From Fonticula alba ATCC 38817 (Eukaryota > Protista > Nucleariida), in NCBI GenBank assembly GCA_000388065.2, contig KB932201.1: 33,160 nt of DNA; one strand, 5' to 3'. Both the position numbers and the translations under genes were made by a program. Positions within the stretch are counted from its first letter, which is position 1. Every line of letters starts with the position of its first letter. Shown in pieces: positions 22,170-32,604 of the stretch. The notes beneath the pieces were generated by a model, which was given only the letters and a program-made list of their open reading frames with translations, ran no database searches and was not told the origin of the DNA.

Positions 22170-22829
22170 TTAGACGGCAAACATCGCAAGCAGAGCCAGG
22201 ATGAGGCTGAAGGCCAGGATGCTTGGAAGGCGGCCGCGGGCGTGGAGCGACCCGGCGTCATTGCAATCGTACGGCGCCGTGCCGGGGGTGATCGTGGCTC
22301 CGTAGGAATAGGGCTCGAGCATCTGGCAGCGCGCGACATGCTCCTCCATGTTGGTCATGCAGAGAGGCGTGCCGCGGCAGTTGCTGATCTTGTAAAAGTC
22401 CTTGGTGCAGGAGGAGCCGCACAGCTTGGAGGCAGTCCTTGCACAGACGATGGTGAACTTCTCAAGGCGTCGGGAGAGCTCCCGCGTGGAGCACCCGGCC
22501 TCGGCCGAGAGAATGCAACCTGACAGCAGCGTGCCCGGCGGCAGGCCGGGGGAGAGAGGGGCGGGGGGAGCATTGGGGAAGGCCCGGTTCGGCGGTGGTC
22601 AGCGGGGGGGGGGGGGGGGGGCGTGCGGGTGGGCAAACCCACCGCTCGGCCGAGGCAGCATGGGTTGTGAGGCAGGGTGCGCGCGCCTGGCAGCGAGGCG
22701 GCAAGGCGGTAGCGAGGCGGTTGCCCGGCAAGATGTGCGCAGGACCCGGGGCCCATGTGGCCGGATGGGCAGAGGCGACGCACCGGCGACAGCCAGGAGG
22801 AGTAGGACCAAGCGGGAAGATGTTTTCAT
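22170..22829 (-). CDS. Small secreted 8-Cys protein with C-terminal GPI-type signal (2 exons, 131 aa)
   Basis: Kozak gccgccATG at 22829. Exon 1 22829-22784, phase-1 intron 22783-22520 (GTGCGT..TCAG), exon 2 22519-22170; total 396 nt. Protein: MKTSSRLVLLLLAVAGCILSAEA-GCSTRELSRRLEKFTIVCARTASKLCGSSCTKDFYKISNCRGTPLCMTNMEEHVARCQMLEPYSYGATITPGTAPYDCNDAGSLHARGRLPSILAFSLILALLAMFAV*. Confidence 0.85.
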
Positions 22830-25800
22830 GGCGGCGGAGGCACGTCGAGATCGACCTTCGTCGGGGGGGCTGCGAGCTGTGCAGGGGTGATGCGCGTGAG
22901 CGGGGGTCGAGAGGGGTGTGGGGCGGGGATCACAACGTACAAGCATCCGGGGTGTCGGGCGAGGGTCAGGGGCCTCGCTCTTCGGTAATCCCGCCTTTTC
23001 GGGAGACACAGGTGCCAGGACGGGGGAGGTGCCGCGGCGAAGGGCGGCACTGAGGGACCTCCGGGGCGGCGGCGGCGGGGGGGGGGGGGGGCCTTCGTTC
23101 TGCGGGGTCCGGGACCACGCGTCGCGCGCAGGTCCCCAGCCGAGGACCGATGCCGGGCTGGGGCATTGCCTCCCGCGGGCGGTTGCAGCTTGGGGCTGTG
23201 CGACCTGCCCAAGGCCGGGCCATGCTGCGGAGCCCAGCTGTCCTGGTGTCCCGGCTCCATGAGCGCGCCCGCCAGGGGCGGGACTTCGGATGCGTGCGCG
23301 GGGCCGACGTCAGCATGAGTGCTGAGCCAGGTCGGGCGACTCGCAGGCTGATGCCCCGGGCCTCAACTCGGCTTCCTGCTTCGCATGCGCACTAGTCGTG
23401 GCAGGAGCTGACACCGGGGGAGGTAATTGTGGCATTGGCATTGGGGCGTTGAATGGGCCAGACCAGGCGGCTGATGTTCGGGGCGGTGTCAGGCGCCTCC
23501 TGGCCTGCTCCCTGCCCGGCGACCAAGGCGACGCGGCAGGGGCAACAGGATGCGCGCATGTGCAAGGGCCCCATGGGTGGGGGTCCTTGTGCGGTGCCAC
23601 ATTCTTTCCGCATGCGTGTAGGTGCATTTCAAGGTCCGGCCACCGTCTGGCGACGCGCCATGGGTTCCGGCACCGAAGGGCCGGTCATTTTCCGTGCCAG
23701 CATTGGCAACATTCGGCACGCCTCTCGAATGTGGAGGAAGTCGGCCGACCTGCAAGCAGGCGGAGCAGTGGCAAGCGCGTGAGACTGACAGACGGACGGA
23801 ATCGGTGGGCGATCTCGCGAGTCGTTTAAAAGGAGGGGGCCGGGGGGGGGGGCTAGTCGGGTGGCTGGAAGGACCCCGGAGTATGGGCTGATGAGGGCAC
23901 CGGGGCAGAGTCAGGTCGGGGTCGAGCCCCAACGCGAGCAGGAACACAAGCGCGTGCCCGGGCTGATGATTGGGGTTTTTTTAAAGGGCCAGTATTGTGG
24001 CCCCTGGTCCCGATCCACGCGCGGAGGCGAAGTGGCTCCCCGGCCCCGGGCTTGCTCACGGCCATGTGCATGAGAAGACACCGGCTTGGGCGCATCGATG
24101 CAGGGGCTCCCCCCTTGGAACAGCGCGCCCGGCCAGGGATATGTCCCGGGCGCGGGCCGGCCATGTTGTCCTCGAATTACGGCCGGCGGGATGACAATCC
24201 GCCTGATCGTCAGACCCCTAAATCGACCACAACCAAGGGCGGCTCACCTCGTCGACGTGAACATGCATGGGCTGGCCCGCGGAGACGCCGGGCTTCTTGC
24301 CTCACCTTGCCTTGAAATGCCGGCGTCAGCTCGATCCCCCCGACCGACGCCGGGGAGGGGATGTACCACTGTAGGCCCAGCCTCCGGTCCACCGTGAGGG
24401 GACTTCCTCGAGAGGCCCTCCCTTCGAGACGCGGCCGAGGGATCCCTTGCCCTCCCGGCCGGTTGGAAGTCTTTGAGTGTGTGGATTCCCCTGCGCACGT
24501 GCTCCGATCGCCTGCGCGCTTTTCTTCGATCTCCTGCCACTCGCCTCGCCAGAGGCCCGGGCCTTGGGCATGGTGCAGGCCGGATGGCGGGCCGCTGGAC
24601 GAAAAACATTTGAGGTGGCCCTCTTTCCGACACTTGCCCTGGCGCTGGCGGACCGGCTTGATGCCGACAATCATCCGCAGCAGCTGGCCGGGCGAGCATG
24701 TGCCCCCCTCTGCGCACGAGGCAGGGGCCCCACAAGAAGTACCCCGGGACGTGTGTGCCAATGGCATGGGACCTTTCCCCAGGGCCAGGACCCGGTAAAG
24801 AGGTGGAGCGGTCGGGGTCAGGGCTGGTGCAGAGGTTGTGCCAGGCCCCAGGTCATGGTTGATATGATAGGGTCCACTCCGGCGGGGGGCCACCGGGCGG
24901 CGTTCCACGGGCTGCTTAGAATGTGGGGAGCCAGCTGGTCCCGACGGCTGGGGCGCCACGCATCGGTTCCAGACTCGCGCTTGGAGTATGTGTCTACCGC
25001 CTGAACCTCGGCGAGGCCGGAGGGGAGGGGGGGGGCGACGAGGCAGAGTCTGGGCCTTTGTGCCCCGGAGGCGGTGCCACGGAAGCGCAGAGATGTGGCC
25101 ACATGGCAGTCCCTTGGCTTGGGCCCGGTTTCTTCGAGCCAGCCATGCGACGCGCAAGACATTCCCCCGCCTGCTGGGGTGTCGGGCTGCTCCGGCCTCC
25201 TGGAGTATTACGCCCTCTCTTTTTGGCGACCGTCCATCAGCTTACCCGTTGCGTCTGGCTGACCGAGGGGCATTCCTTTCAAACGACGAGGGAGTATGGG
25301 AGGAGAAGGGGTGCGAACATGACCGAACCGTATATCGGCCCAGGGGCCACCTGGCCCCCTTTGACCGGGAGTACCAGGCTAGGGCAACGGGCTGCAGGCG
25401 AACAGGGCCGGTGCGAGGCTCATTTGTGGGCGTCCGTCTTGGGGTACATACACCTGCTCGCCACATGCGCCATGCCCTGGAAGCGTCCCGCATGCGAGTC
25501 CCATGCATGTGGTGTGCCGAAGTCGATGGTTATGGAGTCAATGTCACGAAATGCACCACCAGGCCGGCCCCGGGACCGCGGCCGATATGAATCCGGTGTC
25601 GGGCAAGATCGGCCGCTTGCCTGAGGTGGCTCGAGGGAGCGTTGGTTGGACTCGCCCTTCACGGTGCTGGCACATCCAGCCCACCCGCATGTGGCTTGGC
25701 CGTGTTGCTTGTGTCATGGCCTCTTCCGCAAGCCAGGCCTCGCACCTGGCAGCCATGCCGGCCACGACGAGTCGGTGGAAAGGGCGCGCCCGCCCATGCG

Positions 25801-26417
25801 GCATCCTCCTCCACTTCCTTGGTCGTGTTGACATGCGCATTCTGACTTGTGTGTGCAGGCCGTTGCAGAGATGCGTGTGCGTACACGAAGCGGCCAGGGA
25901 CCGAGTGGCAGGGCGTATTTGTAGTGTGGGGCCTCCATTGCCGAGCATCGGTAGGAGCATGTGTGCGAGCGAGCAGGTGTCGGCTGCAGCACGAGGGGCC
26001 TCGCCCTGTGTCCATGTCGGCCCGGACCACGCTGCTGCCCGCAAGGTGGCATCCATGATGATGTGCTCTAGGCCATATGCCTGCGGCTCACGGCCAAGGT
26101 GCCGATGAATGTGAGCATCGACCGGACAGTGTCCCTTCTTTTTTTCGAGCCATTTGGGCGCCGGGCCTCCGAGGGGCCGGATGCACAGGCACTTGATCGT
26201 GCTTGGCTTCTTGGGGTTGGCAAGCCGCGGGTGCGCCCTCCAACGCGTCCTGGCCGTCGCGCTGGGCCAGTCGAAGTATGCACCGGGGAGGGGGTATCGG
26301 GCAGGCGGCCGACCCGGGGCGGGCGCTTGAGCCGGCCCCGGAGCAAGGCGCACGCCGGGCGGTGCTGCCTCCGCCGGCCACAAGGACCTGTCCAAGCCAC
26401 GGCACGCAGGCTGCTCC

Positions 26418-26424
26418 TATAAAA
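26418..26424 (+). promoter_or_regulatory. TATA box of the 26532-28129 gene
   Basis: TATAAAA, followed by a CT-rich leader and ATG 114 nt downstream. Confidence 0.55.
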
Positions 26425-26531
26425 GCGCCCTCATGCCGGGGGCTTGCCTGCGACAGTGCAGGAAAGAGTCCCCTCTCCTTTGTCCTCTGGATCGCCAAGG
26501 ACCCTTCTTTTTGTGCGTATGCCTGGCACCC

Positions 26532-28129
26532 ATGCCCCCTTCCATGTCACGATTTCACGATCATGCAAGCCCCCTCGCAGTCGCGCATGCTCACATCGGC
26601 ATCGGTAACCAACTCGCCCCGGAACGTGTGGAATATGCCTGCCAGCTGTTTGTGAGTCGTTCGGCCTTGAACTTGCCTCCCTTCTCGGACTGCCTGGAAG
26701 AAACATGTACTCCGCGCACTCGGACTCCCTGCTGAGTGGGGCAGTGAGCCAGTATTCCGGGGTGACGACATCGAACGATGGCGCCTCGCCGGCACAAGTC
26801 CCATTGCCCCAGGCACAGGCCCACGCGGCAGACGGCGCACCCTTGGCCGAGGCCAATGCACAGGCCTCGAACCCGTGCCTCCTGGGGGTGGGCATTTCGC
26901 ACGACATCGATGACACCATCTGGGTCCCGTCGAAGGTGCCCCTCCCGGAGGATCACTCGGTATACAGGGACTATTTTGAGATGGTGCGTGCCCGGGGGGG
27001 AAGGAGGCGTCTTCCTCCAGGCTGGCCGGCCCTCATGGGGCCTTCAAGCACTGACACCTGGATGACACAATGCATGCACGCGCATATGCACCACCATGGG
27101 TGTGTGCCCGCCCTCGCCGGGGTGGGGGCCCGAACTGCTGCATGGGCGTGCAGCCGGGTCGCAAGCCGAAGCAGCTCATCTCCTGCGGTGTCTTCACGGG
27201 CTTCATCACGGTACGCTCGAAAAGGCCGCACCGGCGCCAGGCCCCTGCGACCAGCCAGACTGACCGAATGACCCGCCGGGCTGCTCCGGAGCCAGTACCT
27301 CATCCTGTACTTCGGCGGCATGACCTTGATGATCCTCGGATTCAGTACGAGCCATGGCACAATCTGCGATCCTTCTGGCTAAGAAGGTGGGGGTGGGGGG
27401 GGGGGCGATATTTTTTTGCTTCCCGCCCCATGAGGCAGCAAGGAAAGTGCCCCCCTTCCTTCCTTCCGGGCCTTTGACCATGTCTTTGGCTGGGCTTCCT
27501 GACCTGCACCTTTTCGCCTGGGGTTTTCGCGGGACCACCATTCACGTGGTCGATGCTGCTTCGACATCCGGACATGGCTGATGGGCCCACTTGGCTTGCC
27601 TCTTCTCCGCCAGCCGGGTCGTTGAGCCAAGGCCTGGCCTATTTTGGACTGGCCCTGGTGGTGGTGTTTGTCATTCCGACATTCGTACGTCATGCTGCTT
27701 GCGATCGATGGATGGCTGGGTGCCGCCCGGGCTGGCAGCAGCCGGCGCTCGGGCCCGAGGGCTGTCTTGCGACTAACAGGCCTGGGGCACGCACGAACAC
27801 TCGAACCCGGCTTTCGTCCCCCGGCCCGGCGCGCGGGGTAGCTCTACACCACGCGGAAGTGTCGTGGCTGGTCGCACCTGCGCGATCGGGACATCTACGA
27901 TGTGGTGGCCATCGAATGCCTGCGCATGGGCGAGCCCTTGCCGATTCCCAAGTACGCGGTGTGCAAGTTTTGCATTCTCATCAAGAGGTCGAAGAAGATC
28001 TATGACGTCGTGTGCGACCGGCCGGATGGGATCCTGGTGCCGCCGTTTTTGTGCTGCATCGACAACCTCGGGCGCGAGCACAAGAGGATGGTGGTACGGG
28101 AGCTCCGAAAGGCCTATGTCGTTAAATAG
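26532..28129 (+). CDS. Hypothetical two-TM membrane protein (6 exons, about 271 aa)
   Basis: Exons 26532-26651, 26753-26983, 27154-27210, 27296-27344, 27614-27684 and 27842-28129 total 816 nt and stay in frame. Donors GTGAGT, GTGCGT, GTACGC, GTACGA, GTACGT. Splicing assembles TM1 LISCGVFTGFITYLILYFGGMTLMILGF, TM2 GLAYFGLALVVVFVIPTFLY and a C-terminal domain ...DIYDVVAIECLRMGEPLPIPKYAVCKFCILIKRSKKIYDVVCDRPDGILVPPFLCCIDNLGREHKRMVVRELRKAYVVK*. Individual boundaries could differ. Confidence 0.7.
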
Positions 28130-28585
28130 GGGGCAAACCTTCGGACACAGACACGCGCACACACGATGCGTTGCTGCTCTCGCGCGCCCATGTTGGCGTG
28201 AACGCCTCTCCCTCCCGGGACATGACGAGCCTTCACGGGCGATGACATGTGGGCCTCAACAATGCGGGAGGGGGAGGGAGAAATGCAACCCCTGGGCCGC
28301 CATGGAACGGTAACCGCGGCGGACAGAGAAGACGGAGAAAGGTATGTGCATAGGCAAGCCGGTCGCCATGCATGTGCAAGGGGGGGGGGTCGGCTGCCAT
28401 CCGTTCGGTGTTTGGCCAGGAGCCATGCACCAAACGCCGCCGGCCGTGTGTGGGGCCCACCCGTGGCGGGCCCACGCATTCGAGTTGGGCCATCCTGCCA
28501 TTCGCCGCGGACGACTCACCTTTTTTTTTTCCTTGCTCCGTCGCCCAAAGTGACGCATGCGCCTTCTTTGGTGCCCTTCGGGGCA

Positions 28586-28606
28586 CGCGCGCGCGCGCGC
28601 GCGCGC
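28586..28606. repeat. Alternating (CG)10 tract, potential Z-DNA
   Basis: Perfect CGCG... run of 21 nt. A shorter (CG)6 lies at 1824-1835. Confidence 0.8.
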
Positions 28607-30771
28607 CCCCCGGGCCAGACATCCGTCATGGCATTGGGCGTGGGCCTTTTTTTCGAGGGACATGGCCGAACCGAAGACACTTACTTTGGTGCTGTTGGAA
28701 AATACATGTGTCTTTGTCCCGAAAGCCATGGCATGTCAGCAAGTGTGATTGTTTTGAGCGCACAAAGAAGGCATAAAGCCGAGGGGGGGGGGGGCTTCTC
28801 ATTTCCATCCGACCACGTCCCAGGTGCAAGGTACCTTGACGCCGGCAGCCAGACAGGAGGGCAGGGCCGACTCAGCTGGGCGAGGACCCATGAAGCGCCG
28901 GCATGGTCTGCTGTGTCCCTCTATCCAGGCGCGCTTTCCCGAAGCCTGGCATCGGGTGCTTGTGGGTGCGCATTTTCTCTTGCGCTCGCGATTGCGCCAT
29001 GGCCTCGCAATCCGGCCGACAGGCTGGGGGCTTCAAAAGGCCAGGGGTGGCAAGGGCCGGGCCGAGCCCGGGGCAAGTGCACCCGGCTAGACCGTGCACC
29101 GGCGGGGTGATCGCCGGCGCGAGGACTTGGCGCAGGCTGCGAAGCTAGCAGGCAGGCTCGCTCGGCAAAAATGGAGTGGCTCCCATCAGAAGTTCTCATT
29201 GTCCAAGCACAAGCGCAGGGAAGATGCAGGCGCGGGCACATTTCGAAAAAAAAAAAGGGCGCCCCATCGCCAGTGTCATGTGTATGCAGCGCTGGGTTAT
29301 CTTGACTGCGTGGGGGTTTAGATCGAGGCTCGACAGGACGCGAGGGCCCCTTGAACATGAGCACCATCCATGTGCCGGTCTCTCCGCTGGCATCTTTCGG
29401 TGGGTGGCACATGCTCTGCGGCTTGGGAGCGGGGTGCTCCGGCTCGATTTTGGCGCCATGAGGAGGTGGATGGCCGCTGGGGGGTATGTGCGCGTGGACT
29501 TGTGTGCTATCTTGGGTTCGCTGTGCATCCTCACTGTGCTTTGGCGCTAGCAGGACCGTTGCGTGGCCTGGCTGCGCGGCAGGCGATCGAACAGCGGTGC
29601 CCGACAGGAGGACATCCGGGAAGCCGGAGGCGGATGGTGCCCGGAGGCAAGCGTCATGGTGGTGCCCCGGAGTCACCGGCACTCGGGGGAGTTTGGATCG
29701 CGGGAGCCGGCTTAGTGGATCCAGAGAGCCGACTTAAGGGGTTATAGGGCGACGGTGCCGATGATTGTGCCTGGCCCCCCCCCCCCCCCCCCGGTAAGTG
29801 GACTGGAGAGCCCGAGAGCGAGGGGGCAAGCAAGAGTGCCGGGTCGATGGGTATTGCTGGGAGTTGGCAAATAGGCCCTCATGCCGAGATGATCAGTGCC
29901 GGAGCTCGCCAGGCCGGGGTCCCCGGGTACACACAGCAAGCATCGATCCGGTGTACCTGGCCGTGGGCCGGCCGAAGGGTAGACCTTTGCCGGAGGACGG
30001 AGCAGCCCCTTAGCGGTCGGTGAGGGCCCGCCCTGCTTGGTCTTTCTCACCAAAATGGCCAAAGGGTCGGGATGGCAGCGGGGAATGGGCAGCCCCCACA
30101 GACGTGAGTCACAGGGCAACGTGGCATTTCCTCGCCCTGACCAGGCCCCTGTTCCAGGCCCATTTACTAGGCCGTAGTACGTGGGCCAGCCGGTCGGACA
30201 ATGTGCGACGTGTACCAAGGACTCGGCGAGGACACAACACCCGCGAGATGGCCGCGGATCAGGGCCGCATGGTGCTCGTGGGCCATGGTTTTGTGTGTGT
30301 GTGTGTGTGCTTTTGGCAAAGGGGCGTGCCTTTGACGGGAGACCACATCGGAGATTTTTCAGTGGCTAGACTACTTTGAGCCTGAGGACGGGACTAGGCA
30401 ACTCGAGAAAATACACTCACCCCGAAAGGGAGAGCCTGGCACTTGGGCTTGGGACTAGCTGGTGGGGCAGGCAAAAATGGGTGGAACTTCGGTGATGGTG
30501 GAAGGGCAGCGGTAGAGGGGGCTTTTGAACAGAGGTATTCACAGACCTAACACAGGCACGGCTCTCGCCCATGCTGTCGCATACTCCTCCGACACACGGC
30601 TGCCGGGACCTGTGCCCCCAGGAGGCCCCTGGATGAGAGTTTGGCCCTGCACATTGTTAGGCCAGCTCGCGGATTTGAAAACCTTGCACGCTTGCATCTT
30701 TACCCGGCTGCCTCTTCGCCGGGCCGCCGCTTCGAAGCCCGGTAGGCCCACGGGTGCCTTCCCCCCCCCCC

Positions 30772-31416
30772 NNNNNNNNNNNNNNNNNNNNNNNNNNNNN
30801 NNNNNNNNNNNNNNNNNNNNNNNNNNNNNNNNNNNNNNNNNNNNNNNNNNNNNNNNNNNNNNNNNNNNNNNNNNNNNNNNNNNNNNNNNNNNNNNNNNNN
30901 NNNNNNNNNNNNNNNNNNNNNNNNNNNNNNNNNNNNNNNNNNNNNNNNNNNNNNNNNNNNNNNNNNNNNNNNNNNNNNNNNNNNNNNNNNNNNNNNNNNN
31001 NNNNNNNNNNNNNNNNNNNNNNNNNNNNNNNNNNNNNNNNNNNNNNNNNNNNNNNNNNNNNNNNNNNNNNNNNNNNNNNNNNNNNNNNNNNNNNNNNNNN
31101 NNNNNNNNNNNNNNNNNNNNNNNNNNNNNNNNNNNNNNNNNNNNNNNNNNNNNNNNNNNNNNNNNNNNNNNNNNNNNNNNNNNNNNNNNNNNNNNNNNNN
31201 NNNNNNNNNNNNNNNNNNNNNNNNNNNNNNNNNNNNNNNNNNNNNNNNNNNNNNNNNNNNNNNNNNNNNNNNNNNNNNNNNNNNNNNNNNNNNNNNNNNN
31301 NNNNNNNNNNNNNNNNNNNNNNNNNNNNNNNNNNNNNNNNNNNNNNNNNNNNNNNNNNNNNNNNNNNNNNNNNNNNNNNNNNNNNNNNNNNNNNNNNNNN
31401 NNNNNNNNNNNNNNNN
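30772..31416. other. Assembly gap (645 N)
   Basis: N run directly after C11 (30761-30771). Confidence 0.99.
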
Positions 31417-31444
31417 CTCACGTGTTGCTTCATCTATCGTTTAC

Positions 31445-31830
31445 ATGGGGATTCCACTACATGGGGTTTGTAACCAGTTCCGGCCCGGATCTCAGATCTT
31501 CGCCGTGACCCTTCCGGGGCATGTGGGTGTGGAATGCCATGGAGACCATTTCCATGTGCATTTAAGGCTGGAACCCCAATCCTTGCGTGTAATGCTGCGG
31601 TACTCTCGGGGGAATCTCGATTCAATACTATTCCTTTGTTCTCCTCTATCACGCCTTTTGCTGATCCTGTAGCAGGGTTCTGTAGTGGAATCCCCCAAAC
31701 TCCATTGTAACGTACATCACATGATGTAGTTAAAGATTCGGGGGTATATAAGCTTCATCCTTCCAGTGTATTCCCCAGACCTTACGCCTCAGTCTGCGGA
31801 TTCTTTCCTTTTAATATACCAAATCCGCCT
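31445..31830 (+). pseudogene. Degenerate IS630/Tc1/mariner-type DDE transposase fragment
   Basis: The frame starting at 31445 reads ...RVMLRYSRGNLDSILF...IL*QGSVVESPKLHCNVHHMM*LKIRGYISFILPVYSPDLTPQSADSFLL. LPVYSPDLTP (31760-31789) resembles LPPYSPDLNP/YSPDLAP. There are internal TAG stops at 31670 and 31727, and the region is visibly lower in GC than the rest of the window. No TIR/TSD pair found. Confidence 0.45.
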
Positions 31831-32119
31831 CTCCCAGCCCCAAGGTCTCTGAGATCACCCCCTCATCTTTCACTCGGCATAACCGGTTCATCCATAAACC
31901 AAATCACTTGTTAGTTACCAACAGCACGTGCTGAATGCCCCGTGACTGGTTTGACACTCTAAACGGCGTTCCTCAAGGGAGGGACGCGGGGCGAGACAAC
32001 AGCCGAGTGGCCGCCTATGCCGGGCCTATACAGGAGCCCGGGAGAGGAACGGAGATACGCGCGTGTGTGGAGTTCTCGGATCTGCCCCTTGACCGACCCA
32101 AAGGTCCAAAGGGGGACTC

Positions 32120-32565
32120 NNNNNNNNNNNNNNNNNNNNNNNNNNNNNNNNNNNNNNNNNNNNNNNNNNNNNNNNNNNNNNNNNNNNNNNNNNNNNNNNN
32201 NNNNNNNNNNNNNNNNNNNNNNNNNNNNNNNNNNNNNNNNNNNNNNNNNNNNNNNNNNNNNNNNNNNNNNNNNNNNNNNNNNNNNNNNNNNNNNNNNNNN
32301 NNNNNNNNNNNNNNNNNNNNNNNNNNNNNNNNNNNNNNNNNNNNNNNNNNNNNNNNNNNNNNNNNNNNNNNNNNNNNNNNNNNNNNNNNNNNNNNNNNNN
32401 NNNNNNNNNNNNNNNNNNNNNNNNNNNNNNNNNNNNNNNNNNNNNNNNNNNNNNNNNNNNNNNNNNNNNNNNNNNNNNNNNNNNNNNNNNNNNNNNNNNN
32501 NNNNNNNNNNNNNNNNNNNNNNNNNNNNNNNNNNNNNNNNNNNNNNNNNNNNNNNNNNNNNNNNN
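32120..32565. other. Assembly gap (446 N)
   Basis: N run ending in a (GT)n microsatellite. Confidence 0.99.
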
Positions 32566-32604
32566 TGTGTGTGTGTGTGTGTGTGTGTGCGTGTGTGTGT
32601 GTGT
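32566..32604. repeat. (GT)n microsatellite
   Basis: About 19 GT units with one interruption. Shorter GT tracts lie near 12433-12451, 13586-13600 and 30292-30309. Confidence 0.9.

Noticed and set aside
31447-31695. 249-bp MITE bounded by the 15-bp inverted repeat
   Set aside because: No target-site duplication flanks it (CAT vs CAA), and the right arm is part of the larger 29-nt composite.
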